Position numbers and translations under genes: made by a program. The notes under the pieces were generated by a model. The model worked only from the letters and a program-made list of their open reading frames with translations. It searched no databases and had not been told where the DNA came from. From the NCBI GenBank assembly GCA_963755715.1, contig CAVWLW010000038.1:1-64000 (forward strand): a DNA stretch of 64,000 bases. The letters are read 5' to 3'. This DNA comes from an uncultured delta proteobacterium (GTDB lineage Bacteria > Desulfobacterota > Binatia > UBA9968). Shown here piece after piece: positions 55,304 to 64,000 of this stretch. Each line of letters opens with the position of its first letter. Positions within the stretch are counted from its first letter, which is position 1.

Positions 55304-55852
55304 TCAAATCTTGAGATCTTCCGGAGGAGTGAACGTGTAGACGTCGAAAGTATTCAGCGTGCAGGCCAACATCGCATAATAACCGATTGTGGCGGCGAGC
55401 TCGACCATGCCCTTTTCGCCGAAGCGGCCGTAGATCGCCTGAAACGTCGCCTCGCTAACCCGATGCGTGTGAATCATCTCGCGCACGAAGCTCACGATCG
55501 CTGCCTCTTCGGAAGAAAAACTCTCCGTGCCTTTTTTCTGATAAACGGCGCGAATGGTTTCCATCGGAATACCGGCTTTCTCTCCGTGCATAATATGCGC
55601 CGCCCATTCGTGTTTGCATTCCAGCTCCCGCGCCGACACCAACGCCGTAAACTCGATGACTTTGTGATCTAAACTGGATTCGAAACGGATATAGCTCCCC
55701 AGATGCGCCGTGCGCGCCGCCAGCTCCGGGCTGTGCAACAGCGCCAGCCACGGCCCGCCGACGACGCCGCGGCTCTGCGCAATGGTGTCATAAACTTTCT
55801 GATGCTCCGGCGCCAGGTCTTCTTTTTTTGTGATAGTTGCGATGCGTGCCAT
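55304..55852 (-). CDS. Carboxymuconolactone decarboxylase/AhpD-like protein
   Basis: GPWLALLHSP, HEWAAH, VELAATIGYY. Confidence 0.85.
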   Translation of the reverse strand: MARIATITKKEDLAPEHQKVYDTIAQSRGVVGGPWLALLHSPELAARTAHLGSYIRFESSLDHKVIEFTALVSARELECKHEWAAHIMHGEKAGIPMETIRAVYQKKGTESFSSEEAAIVSFVREMIHTHRVSEATFQAIYGRFGEKGMVELAATIGYYAMLACTLNTFDVYTFTPPEDLKI

Positions 55853-55868
55853 TCTTCCTCCGTTTAAA

Positions 55869-56998
55869 TCAAGTCAGTTTTTCTTTGAGCCATCGAGTCA
55901 CAATGTCAATGACTTCATCGTTCGATTGACCTTTCTTGCGACCCATGTGGCCGGCGCCCGCGATAATGCGCAGTTCTTTCGGGCTGCCGTGCTCCGCGAG
56001 CAGATAAAGATCGCTGATCGGATGCTGATCGTCTTCCTTGCCGTTGATGCAGAGAAGCGGCGCGCAAGGTTGATCGATCAGGCCTTGCGTCACCAAGGAT
56101 AAAGTCGGCGCGATCCTAAGCGTTTCTTCCAGCGTCTTGACGCCGAAGATGTAAGAGCGCGCATCGAGCAGACTCGCCGGCCCCATGAGATATTGCGATG
56201 CAGTTAGAGTCAAAGCCGGGCGCAGCCACTCTTCTTGAAAGGTCCGATGCACGCCGGCGCCCCAGTTTACGGCGCCACGCAACCGCTTGGGCTCAGTATG
56301 CGCCAGCTTTGCCGCCCAATAGCCACCGAAGCTGCCGCCCATGCAGGCGATCCGCTTGCCGTCGATATCGGCGCGGCTTTCGAGATAGTCCATCGCCGCG
56401 GAAAAAGTTCGCTCCGCCCTCGGATCGCCGCCAAGACAAGGGTTTTCCCCGGCGCCCGGCATGTCGATGGTAAAACAGGCAAGGCCATTTTTGAGCAAGA
56501 CGTCATTGTTGGTGCGCCGATCTTCTTTCCAGCCGTCGACGCCGCCCCAGTGCATCACGACCGGCGGGTCGATTGATGCCTTTCGGCACCTGCAAATAGC
56601 CGACGACTTTCTTTCCCTCGAAAGGGATTTCGATCCGCTCCAGCGGCGGGTCCATCGTTGGCGCCGCCTTGAGAAAAGTCCGCAGCGCGCCTTTGTAGCA
56701 GTTCATTTTTTCCGGGCTGCTCGGCACCGGGTAGCGGCCGATGCGGTAATACTCGTACGCCAAATAATAAGTTTCGCCGGCGTCTTTTTTCTTGTCCTTG
56801 TTTTTCTTGCTCCTCGCCAAGCGCTTCATATTTAAGCCCGACTTTGCCCCACTCCCGGCCCCAGAGATCGGCATCGAGGCTGGTGAGGTTTCTCACCACC
56901 TGCTCGACGTCTTCTTTTTTTACCCGTTCGAAAGGATTGATCCGCCCGGCGCGATGTAAAATATCGGCTTTGATTTCTTCGAGAGTTTTTTCGGCCAT
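55869..56998 (-). CDS. Alpha/beta hydrolase paralogous to 48802-49897; two +1 frameshifts near 56787 and 56566
   Basis: MAEKTLEEIK, GRYPVP, GGSFGGYWAAK, GKEDD, GHMG across three frames. Confidence 0.83.
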
Positions 56999-57012
56999 GC
57001 CAAGAACTCCCC

Positions 57013-57993
57013 TTACGATTTCGCGCCCGGCTCATTGGCCAATGCTTTGAGCGCCGTCTTGTAGAAGCGATCGTCGATAAATTGCTCCGGTTTGAAGTTC
57101 GGCTTCTCTTTCAATACGGCAAATTCCAATTCGGCGCGCTTGTAGAGGCCCTCTGGACTGAGGCTGGGAATATAGGCATCGCGCATCAAATCGTAAAGCG
57201 AAGCCGCGATCTCGCGCTGATCCAATCGGCCGTTCTTCATGATGATATCGATACTGCCCTCGCGGTTGGCGCGAATCCAATAGAGCGCTTTCATCACCGC
57301 TTTCACCATCCGCTCCGTCATATCGGGTTCTGCTTGGACATGCTTGGCCATCGCCTGCAAAGCGCTGAATGGAACGTTTTTAAACTCATCGCCTAGATAA
57401 ACCAGCCGCTTCATGCCGGCCTTGAGTAGCGGCCGGTCCGTCGGCGGCGCCATCAGCGCCGCGGCCGCTCGGCCTTGCATGAGCGCGATCGCCTTGCCTT
57501 CGTTATCGGGAATATTCAAATACTCGGCGAATTTTTCGCCGTAGCCATATTTGGCAAACAGCGCCTGAAGCACGCTGTAGGTCGAGCCGCCGAAAGTCAC
57601 GGCGATTTTTTGTCCCTTGAGATCTTCCAGCCGTTTGATCTCCGGCCGGGTAATCAAGCCGAACGGAATCTGATTGAAGATTTGCAAGAGCACACGAATC
57701 TGCTCGCCCTTGAACATCGCCTGCATGGACGGCCCGAAAGCAGATGAATAGTGGACGCTACCCGAAAGCAGCGCCTGCACATTCATCGCGTTGCCGCGCA
57801 GCACGACGATGTTGACGTTGGTCAGACCCATTTCGTCGTAGAATTTTTTTTCTTTGGCGACGACGTAGGCCAAGTGCTGGATATTGCCCGGCCCCGGCAA
57901 GGAGACGTAGATAGGCTTACTGACTTGCGCACCGAGCGGAGAAGCAAAGCAGGCAACCATCATCGTGAAGGCGAAGAAATTCAAGCGCTTCAT
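57013..57993 (-). CDS. ABC substrate-binding protein, NMT1/THI5-like (orphan)
   Basis: Signal peptide MKRLNFFAF; VAKEKKFY, DLKGQKIAV, IDDRF. Confidence 0.85.
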   Translation of the reverse strand: MKRLNFFAFTMMVACFASPLGAQVSKPIYVSLPGPGNIQHLAYVVAKEKKFYDEMGLTNVNIVVLRGNAMNVQALLSGSVHYSSAFGPSMQAMFKGEQIRVLLQIFNQIPFGLITRPEIKRLEDLKGQKIAVTFGGSTYSVLQALFAKYGYGEKFAEYLNIPDNEGKAIALMQGRAAAALMAPPTDRPLLKAGMKRLVYLGDEFKNVPFSALQAMAKHVQAEPDMTERMVKAVMKALYWIRANREGSIDIIMKNGRLDQREIAASLYDLMRDAYIPSLSPEGLYKRAELEFAVLKEKPNFKPEQFIDDRFYKTALKALANEPGAKS

Positions 57994-58052
57994 AGAAACT
58001 TCTCCTGATAATTTGCCGCTGAGCCTGGACCGAGTTAACAGAAAGAGCGCGA

Positions 58053-59123
58053 CTAGCGCAAGCCCCGCAGGCGCGGATCGAGAACCTCGCGCAGCCCTTC
58101 GCCGACGAGGTAGTAGGCAAGCACGGTAATGAAGATCGCAAAGCCGGGAAACACCGCGAGCCACCAGGCAAAGGTGGTCGTGCTCCCCTCTTGCAGAATG
58201 GAGCCCCAGGTCACCAGTTCCGCGGGCACGCCGATGCCCAGAAAGCTCAGGCTCGATTCGACCAGAATCGCCCCGCCGATGCCGAACACCACCGAGACGA
58301 TGACGGGCGCCAGCGCGTTGGGAAGAATATGCTTGAACATCACTTTGCGATCGGAAACGCCGAGCGCGACCGCCGCCGTGACGTAATCCAGATTTCGGAT
58401 CCTGAGAAATTCGTTGCGCGTAAAGCGCGCCATGCCGACCCAACTGGTCACGCCGATGATCAGCATGGTCAAGTAGAGGCTCGGCGGCAACAGCGCCGCG
58501 ATCGTGATCAGCAAAAAGAAGGTCGGAATCGAAAGCATGATCTCGAAGATCCGCGAAATCACCAGGTCGATCCACGAACCGAAATAGCCGGCGATCGCGC
58601 CGAGGACAACACCGATCAACAGCGCGATGCCGACCGCGACAAAACCGATGGAGAGAGAAATGCGCGAGCCGTGGATCATGCCGGCAGCCACGTCGCGGCC
58701 CAACTTATCGGTACCGAACAGATGTTTTGCCGACGGCGGTTCCAGCGGTTCGAGCAAATTGATGTTACTCGGCCGATAGGGAATCGGCGGATACAACGCT
58801 TTCGCACCTTCGAGCTTTTTGAAATCGACGTTGAGCAGTTCCGCCGGCCACTGCCCCAGCTTGGCGCCGACGAGATAGCTGCGCAGGATGGGGAAATAGC
58901 TTTTGCCCTTGTAATTCAGGTAGTACGGTTTGTCGTTGGCGATAAAATCCGCGAACAGCGCCATGAATACGAGCAGGCAGACGACATAGAACCCGGCGAG
59001 CGCGATCGGATTGTGTTTGAAGCGCCTCCAGACATCCGACCAGAGTCCCTCGGCGACGTTGGCGTCTGCCGCGCCGGCCGGCTTCTCTGTGGCTTGGAGT
59101 TGAACTGTCGATGAGCGGCTCAT
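58053..59123 (-). CDS. Peptide ABC transporter permease (DppC-like)
   Basis: HLFGTDKLGRD, HILPNAL, ESSLSFLG, VLDPR. Confidence 0.92.
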   Translation of the reverse strand: MSRSSTVQLQATEKPAGAADANVAEGLWSDVWRRFKHNPIALAGFYVVCLLVFMALFADFIANDKPYYLNYKGKSYFPILRSYLVGAKLGQWPAELLNVDFKKLEGAKALYPPIPYRPSNINLLEPLEPPSAKHLFGTDKLGRDVAAGMIHGSRISLSIGFVAVGIALLIGVVLGAIAGYFGSWIDLVISRIFEIMLSIPTFFLLITIAALLPPSLYLTMLIIGVTSWVGMARFTRNEFLRIRNLDYVTAAVALGVSDRKVMFKHILPNALAPVIVSVVFGIGGAILVESSLSFLGIGVPAELVTWGSILQEGSTTTFAWWLAVFPGFAIFITVLAYYLVGEGLREVLDPRLRGLR

Positions 59124-60151
59124 TGCTGCCGTCGGCCGAAGGCGATGCGCGGATCCACGACGGCGAGCAGCAGATCGGAAAGCAGAATGCCGATCAGAGT
59201 CAGCACCGCGGTCACGGTAAACAATGCCAGCACGGTCGGATAATCCCGCGCCAGTACCGACTCGAAACCCAACTGCCCCAGACCCGGTATGGAAAAGATG
59301 GTTTCAATGATGACGCTGCCGCCGATCAGTCCGGGAAGAATGTCGGCCAGGAGCGTAACCTGAGGAATCAAGGAGTTGCGCAGCGCATGCTTGAAGATAA
59401 CGACCTTTTCCTCCAGTCCCTTCGCCCGCGCCACCTGCACGTAATCTTGCCGGAGCACTTCCAGCATGCTCGAGCGCATGTAGCGGGATAAGGCGGCGAA
59501 TCCGCTGTACGACAACAAAACGACAGGCAGGAACAAATGCCAGGCGTGATCCTGGATTTTTTTCCACAGCGGCCACTGCTCGGAGAAATCCAGCGACTCC
59601 ACGCCGCCCGGCGGAAACAGGTAATAAAAATCGCCGCCGCAGATAAATACGATCGCCATCGTCGCAGCCCACACCAGGGGCACGGCGAAAAGCCCAAAGG
59701 CGACGACCGTCGTGATTTGGTCACCCGACGAATTGGCGTGGGTCGCGGAATAAACGCCCAGTGGAATGGCGACTAGGTAGACGACGAGAATCGACCAGAC
59801 ATTCAATTTGATCGTCACCGAAAGCCGTTCGGCGATCTTATCCCAAACCGGCTGGCTGTCCTTGAAGGAATCGCCGAATTTGAGCGTGAAGAGATTCTGC
59901 AACCAGACGAGGTACTGAACGTGCAGCGGTTTGTCGAGGCCATACTGCGCGCGCCACTGGGCCATCGCCTCGTCGACGGCGCCGCGCTTTTCAAGGGAAA
60001 TACCGGCGCCGCCGGCCGCGCCGAGTCCTCCCGCTGCGCGCAGCTCGGCGGGATCGCCGGGCGCCAGGCGCATGATCAGAAAGCCGATCAAGGTAATGCC
60101 GATGAACGTCGGGATCATCAGCAGCAGACGTTGCGCCAAGTAGCTTGTCAT
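59120..60151 (-). CDS. Peptide ABC transporter permease (DppB-like)
   Basis: APGDP, YGLDKP, ARAKGL, ETIFSIPGLG, DPRI. Confidence 0.92.
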   Translation of the reverse strand: MTSYLAQRLLLMIPTFIGITLIGFLIMRLAPGDPAELRAAGGLGAAGGAGISLEKRGAVDEAMAQWRAQYGLDKPLHVQYLVWLQNLFTLKFGDSFKDSQPVWDKIAERLSVTIKLNVWSILVVYLVAIPLGVYSATHANSSGDQITTVVAFGLFAVPLVWAATMAIVFICGGDFYYLFPPGGVESLDFSEQWPLWKKIQDHAWHLFLPVVLLSYSGFAALSRYMRSSMLEVLRQDYVQVARAKGLEEKVVIFKHALRNSLIPQVTLLADILPGLIGGSVIIETIFSIPGLGQLGFESVLARDYPTVLALFTVTAVLTLIGILLSDLLLAVVDPRIAFGRRQQ

Positions 60152-60162
60152 GATCGCTCGAA

Positions 60163-61932
60163 TTATTGGGCGCTTGCCACGCTGGTGTATCTCTGCCGCC
60201 CCACGGGGACCCACCAGTCGATGGGACGAAGACCGTCCGGAAAAACCTCGACACCTTCGAAGCGGCGCTGCAATGCAGAGGCGCGCTTGCCGACGTAGAG
60301 AAACGTGTAGGGCTGCTCGTCGTTCAAGATCTCCTGGAATTCCTTGTAGAGCTGAATGCGTTTCTGCGGGTCGAACTCGCGCCGGTAGGTCTCCAATATT
60401 TCATCCACGCGCGCGTTCTTGTAACTGATCGCGTTGGAGCCTTTGTTGGCCGCCTGAGAGGAATGCCAGATCTGATACATGTCGGGCTCCGTGGTCTGCA
60501 TCTGCCAGCCCAGCACGACGGCGTCGAATTGATGATTCTTTACGTCGTTTAAAAAAATCGTCCAGTCGAGCTCGCGCACGCGCGCGTCGATGCCGCGCTT
60601 GCGAAGCTCCTCCACCAGCACCAGAGCGACACTCTTGCGCACGGCGTTGCCCGAGTTGACCTTGATCTCGAAACGCAGCGGCGTCTTTTTCCCGTCGATG
60701 ACTTTGTCGAGCACGCCGTCGCCGTCGGTGTCCTGCCAACCCGCTTCATGGAGCAAAGCCAGCGCTTTCTGCGGGTCGAAAGGATAGCTTTTTAGATCCT
60801 TGTCGTACTCGGGCCGGAAAAAATAAATCGTGCTGTCGACCACTTCGCCGAGACCGAAGAGCACGCTTTGGACGATCAGCTTGCGATCGGTCAGGTAGGT
60901 CATCGCCTGGCGAACTCTTTTGTCGCGGAAAATCGGAAGGTCGTTGTTCCAGCCGATGTAGGTGTAGGTCGGCGCGTAGTATTCGTATTTTTTGAACTCG
61001 CGCTTGAAGCGCTCGCTGTTGGTGCCGCGCACCACCTGCACCGGAGTTAAGACTTCCATGTAATCGAGGCCGCCGCTTTTGAGCAGGGTCAGCGCCGCGT
61101 CCATATTGTTCACGATGCGAAACTTCAGCCGATCGAGGTGCGGCTGATCGATGCCTTCTTTGCCGTTGCCCCAGTAGTTTGGGTCGCGCGCGAGCTCGAT
61201 CTCGCGGCCGGTTTTCCAGTGGCTGAACTTGTACGGGCCGGAGCCGAGCGGGTTGCGGTTGAAGTTTCGATTGAATTGCTCGCCGAATTTTTTCGCTTCG
61301 GCCGGCAGTTTCGCCGGGTCCTGGGCGAGCTGTCGCACGCTGATCCGCTGCAAGAGATTTTCCGGATCGTAGTAATGGCGCGGCAGCAGGGTGATGCCGC
61401 CGAGCACGCTCTCGTTGAGAAAATAGGGCTCCTTGGTAACAAAACGAATCGTGTACGGATCGACCAGCTCGGCGTCGATCAAGGAATTGAAATAGACGCG
61501 CAGAAACGGCGCATTGACAAACGGACATTTGATCGCCTTGACGCTGAAAAGCACATCCTCCCCAGTGACCGGCCGGCCGTCCTGGAAGCGCGCATCCTGG
61601 CGAATCTTGAAAGTGTAAATGAGCTTGTCCTGAGATATTTCGGGCCGCGCCGCCGCAACCGCGGGTTTCAGCTCCAAGGTTTTTGGATTGCGCGTCAGCA
61701 GAGTCTCAAAGACGTAGTTCAGCACTTCGCTGGACGAAGCGTCGCTGCTGGTCAGCGGATTGAGCAGCTCCGGGTCGCTGAGGCTGTGGATCACCAGCCA
61801 GTCTCCCGTCACCGGCTTGCCCACTTCTTTTTGCTCCGGCGGCGGCGCGTCGGATACTTTGACTTCGGTTTTATCGCCGCATCCGGTGAGCAAGAGCAGC
61901 GCAAGCGTGAACCGCCAAACCTTCGGGAGCAT
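60163..61932 (-). CDS. Peptide-binding lipoprotein (SBP family 5, DppA/OppA-like)
   Basis: Lipobox LTGC; LNP, FQDG.PVT..DV.FS, GSGPYK, DKRVRQA. Confidence 0.92.
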   Translation of the reverse strand: MLPKVWRFTLALLLLTGCGDKTEVKVSDAPPPEQKEVGKPVTGDWLVIHSLSDPELLNPLTSSDASSSEVLNYVFETLLTRNPKTLELKPAVAAARPEISQDKLIYTFKIRQDARFQDGRPVTGEDVLFSVKAIKCPFVNAPFLRVYFNSLIDAELVDPYTIRFVTKEPYFLNESVLGGITLLPRHYYDPENLLQRISVRQLAQDPAKLPAEAKKFGEQFNRNFNRNPLGSGPYKFSHWKTGREIELARDPNYWGNGKEGIDQPHLDRLKFRIVNNMDAALTLLKSGGLDYMEVLTPVQVVRGTNSERFKREFKKYEYYAPTYTYIGWNNDLPIFRDKRVRQAMTYLTDRKLIVQSVLFGLGEVVDSTIYFFRPEYDKDLKSYPFDPQKALALLHEAGWQDTDGDGVLDKVIDGKKTPLRFEIKVNSGNAVRKSVALVLVEELRKRGIDARVRELDWTIFLNDVKNHQFDAVVLGWQMQTTEPDMYQIWHSSQAANKGSNAISYKNARVDEILETYRREFDPQKRIQLYKEFQEILNDEQPYTFLYVGKRASALQRRFEGVEVFPDGLRPIDWWVPVGRQRYTSVASAQ

Positions 61933-61934
61933 CG

Positions 61935-62756
61935 TCAACTCCCCACCGCTTCGATCGGCACTTCCTGCGCGTTGGCGGGTTTTTGCTGCGAGAAAAGCTC
62001 GGCTGGAATCGAGCCGTTGACTTCCGGCTCTTGGTAGCGAATATCGACTTTCTTTTTTTGTAGGGGGGCTTCGAAGACGATGCGCTGGGCAAACAGCCCG
62101 GCCGCCGTCGAAACGTAATTGCTGAACTGAGCGCTCAGCTCGACTTTGCCCTCGGCGTTGAAACGCTCCCATTTGCTCGGCACCGGTTGTTGCGAGTCAA
62201 ACGTCAACGCATCGCGCTTGCGCCCGTTCTGAGCAAAGATCAGCGTGTTGCCGTCGAGGCTCGGTGTCGCGTTGACGTCGACCGGCGGCAAGCCGCTCAG
62301 CAACGTGGTGATCTCTTTGAGCTCGAGCGAGATCTGCGTATAGCGGCGCAAATTTTCTTTCGTGGGCGAGCCGCGCACGAACACCCCCTCGCGCGGATGC
62401 AAGCCGATAATTTCTTTATCGTTGGCCGTAACGATCAGGATCGCGCCCAAAAAAGTCAGCGTCTCCAAACGCAACCGATCGGGCCGCTGTATGAGAACAG
62501 CTTCTTGAAAGCCGTGTTTGCCTTCCGGTCCGGCATAATCGATCTGCGCGAGCGCGCGCAGAGAGCGGAACTGGCGGTCGCGTTGGGTGATCGACTCGAT
62601 CAGTTTGCCCGCTTCCCAGACCGGCGCGGGCAGCTTACTTTCCGGCGGCGGCGTCACCGTCGCGCAACCGAACAGCGCGAAGGCGACGGCCGTAAGAATC
62701 AGAATTTTAAACGAGGTAACCGAGGCAACGCCGGCGCGCCGATGGACCAGGGTCAA
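61935..62756 (-). CDS. LolB-like / DUF4292-type lipoprotein
   Basis: Lipobox LFGC; RPDRLRLE; follows a TPR gene as lolB usually does. Confidence 0.7.
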   Translation of the reverse strand: MTLVHRRAGVASVTSFKILILTAVAFALFGCATVTPPPESKLPAPVWEAGKLIESITQRDRQFRSLRALAQIDYAGPEGKHGFQEAVLIQRPDRLRLETLTFLGAILIVTANDKEIIGLHPREGVFVRGSPTKENLRRYTQISLELKEITTLLSGLPPVDVNATPSLDGNTLIFAQNGRKRDALTFDSQQPVPSKWERFNAEGKVELSAQFSNYVSTAAGLFAQRIVFEAPLQKKKVDIRYQEPEVNGSIPAELFSQQKPANAQEVPIEAVGS

Positions 62757-64000
62757 ATCTTTTTCTCCAGGCGCTGGATTTTATCGCGGAGGCGCTTGAT
62801 CTGCTCGTTTTCTTTGGTGCGCTTGAGCGCCTCTCGGTAGCGGGCCAAGGCGCGATCGCCCCTGCCGCTTTTTTCATAGGCGTCGGCGAGGTGTTCGATA
62901 ATGGTCGGATCGTCGACCGTGATCTCGACCGCCCGTTCCAACTGTTCGACGGCCTTCGGATAATCGCCCTTTTGATAATAAACCCAACCCAGGCTGTCGA
63001 TGTAAAAGCCATCGTCGGGCTGGATCTTAAGAGCGCGCTGGATCATATCTTCCGCGTCATCGAGCTGCACGCCCATCTCGGCCCAGGTATAGCCGAGATA
63101 ATTGAGCGCAGCGGCATTTTTCGGATTGAGCTCGATGGCTTTTTTCATGCTCGCGACGGATTTTTCCTTATTTTTGTTTTCGTCGTAAAGCGCGCCGAGC
63201 TGAAAATGGGCCTCATCGTTCTTGGGATCCAAGGTGACGACCTTTTCCATTGCTTGGATCGCTTTCGGATATTCCTTGGTCTTGCGGTAAAGCGAGCTCA
63301 GAAAGGCATAGATTTCCTTGCGATCGTTACGCTTCGCGGCCACCGCTTGGACCAGCTCGATCGCCTTTTGCGTCTCTTCTTTACGATCGTAAAGATAGGC
63401 GGCCTGCACGCGCGAATCGACGTAAAGCTCGCTTTTTTCCGAGACGCGCTCGAAAGCTTCCAGAGCCTTATCGTCGGCCTTCATCTCGATATAGGTCGCG
63501 CCCAAATAGTAGCGCGCCCGATCGTTATCCGGATCGCCGGCCAAAACCAGATTGAATTCCGTCGCAGCGCGCTCAAAATCGCCTTTTTCAAACGAGATCA
63601 GGCCGATTTTAATCCGCGTCTCGCGCGGATCGCTTTCGCTGCCTTGCAGCGTCTCGAATTGACGCAGCGCCTCGTCGAGCTTGTTCTGGCCGACGTAAAG
63701 CTCGCCCAAGCGCCGGCGCGCCCAGGCGTTTTGGGCGTTGACCTGTAAAAGCCGCTGATAGGTTTGGATCGCGTCTTCGGTTTTGCTTTCGAGTTCATAG
63801 ACGAGCGCCAGATCCAGTAGGACCGCCTCTGATTTGGGATTGAGCTCCAGGGCCTTGCGGTAGCTTTGCTCGGCGGCGAGATAAAGTTTGCTCTTGGCGC
63901 GCACTCGACCCAGATAGTAGTAACCGAGCGCCGAATTGGGATCAGCCTTGAGCAATTCTTCCAATCTTTGGCCGGCGCGCGCCAAATCATCGACCTGCAA
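62753..64000 (-). CDS. Tetratricopeptide repeat protein (5' end outside the window)
   Basis: Multiple TPR units; ALNYLGY.WAE, YIDSLGWVYY, IIEHLADAY. Confidence 0.92.
   Translation of the reverse strand: MQVDDLARAGQRLEELLKADPNSALGYYYLGRVRAKSKLYLAAEQSYRKALELNPKSEAVLLDLALVYELESKTEDAIQTYQRLLQVNAQNAWARRRLGELYVGQNKLDEALRQFETLQGSESDPRETRIKIGLISFEKGDFERAATEFNLVLAGDPDNDRARYYLGATYIEMKADDKALEAFERVSEKSELYVDSRVQAAYLYDRKEETQKAIELVQAVAAKRNDRKEIYAFLSSLYRKTKEYPKAIQAMEKVVTLDPKNDEAHFQLGALYDENKNKEKSVASMKKAIELNPKNAAALNYLGYTWAEMGVQLDDAEDMIQRALKIQPDDGFYIDSLGWVYYQKGDYPKAVEQLERAVEITVDDPTIIEHLADAYEKSGRGDRALARYREALKRTKENEQIKRLRDKIQRLEKKI

Noticed and set aside
57994-58575. 520 aa version of the SBP ORF
   Set aside because: The extension overlaps dppC in another frame; the signal peptide and RBS place the start at 57993

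Overview
High-GC bacterial chromosome segment, mostly on the minus strand. Gene content suggests a Deltaproteobacteria-like organism, plausibly Candidatus Binatia (inference). Housekeeping backbone: hisA/H/B/D, murA, prmC, prfA, rpmE, tRNA-Ala(GGC), recN, nadK, phnCDE, ilvE, HU, ppx, trmFO, topA, dprA, der, era, greA, a Dpp/Opp ABC transporter and a TPR + LolB-like pair. Accessory content: the start of an aryl-polyene-type cluster (left edge), an eroded DUF4823-like pseudogene, a cNMP-patatin inside the phn operon, a ~9.5 kb cargo block splitting the dpp operon, and a six-gene MoxR/DUF58/VWA membrane module with an apparent ~1440 aa triple-VWA fusion. The most distinctive non-genic signal is a set of degenerate, mostly inverted 7-mer (one 9-mer) tandem arrays at operon junctions; they overlap stop/start codons and one is translated in frame. 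Ten single-base indels in short runs, one in essential prfA, are most likely long-read assembly errors. No CRISPR array, integrase, transposase or rRNA was seen.
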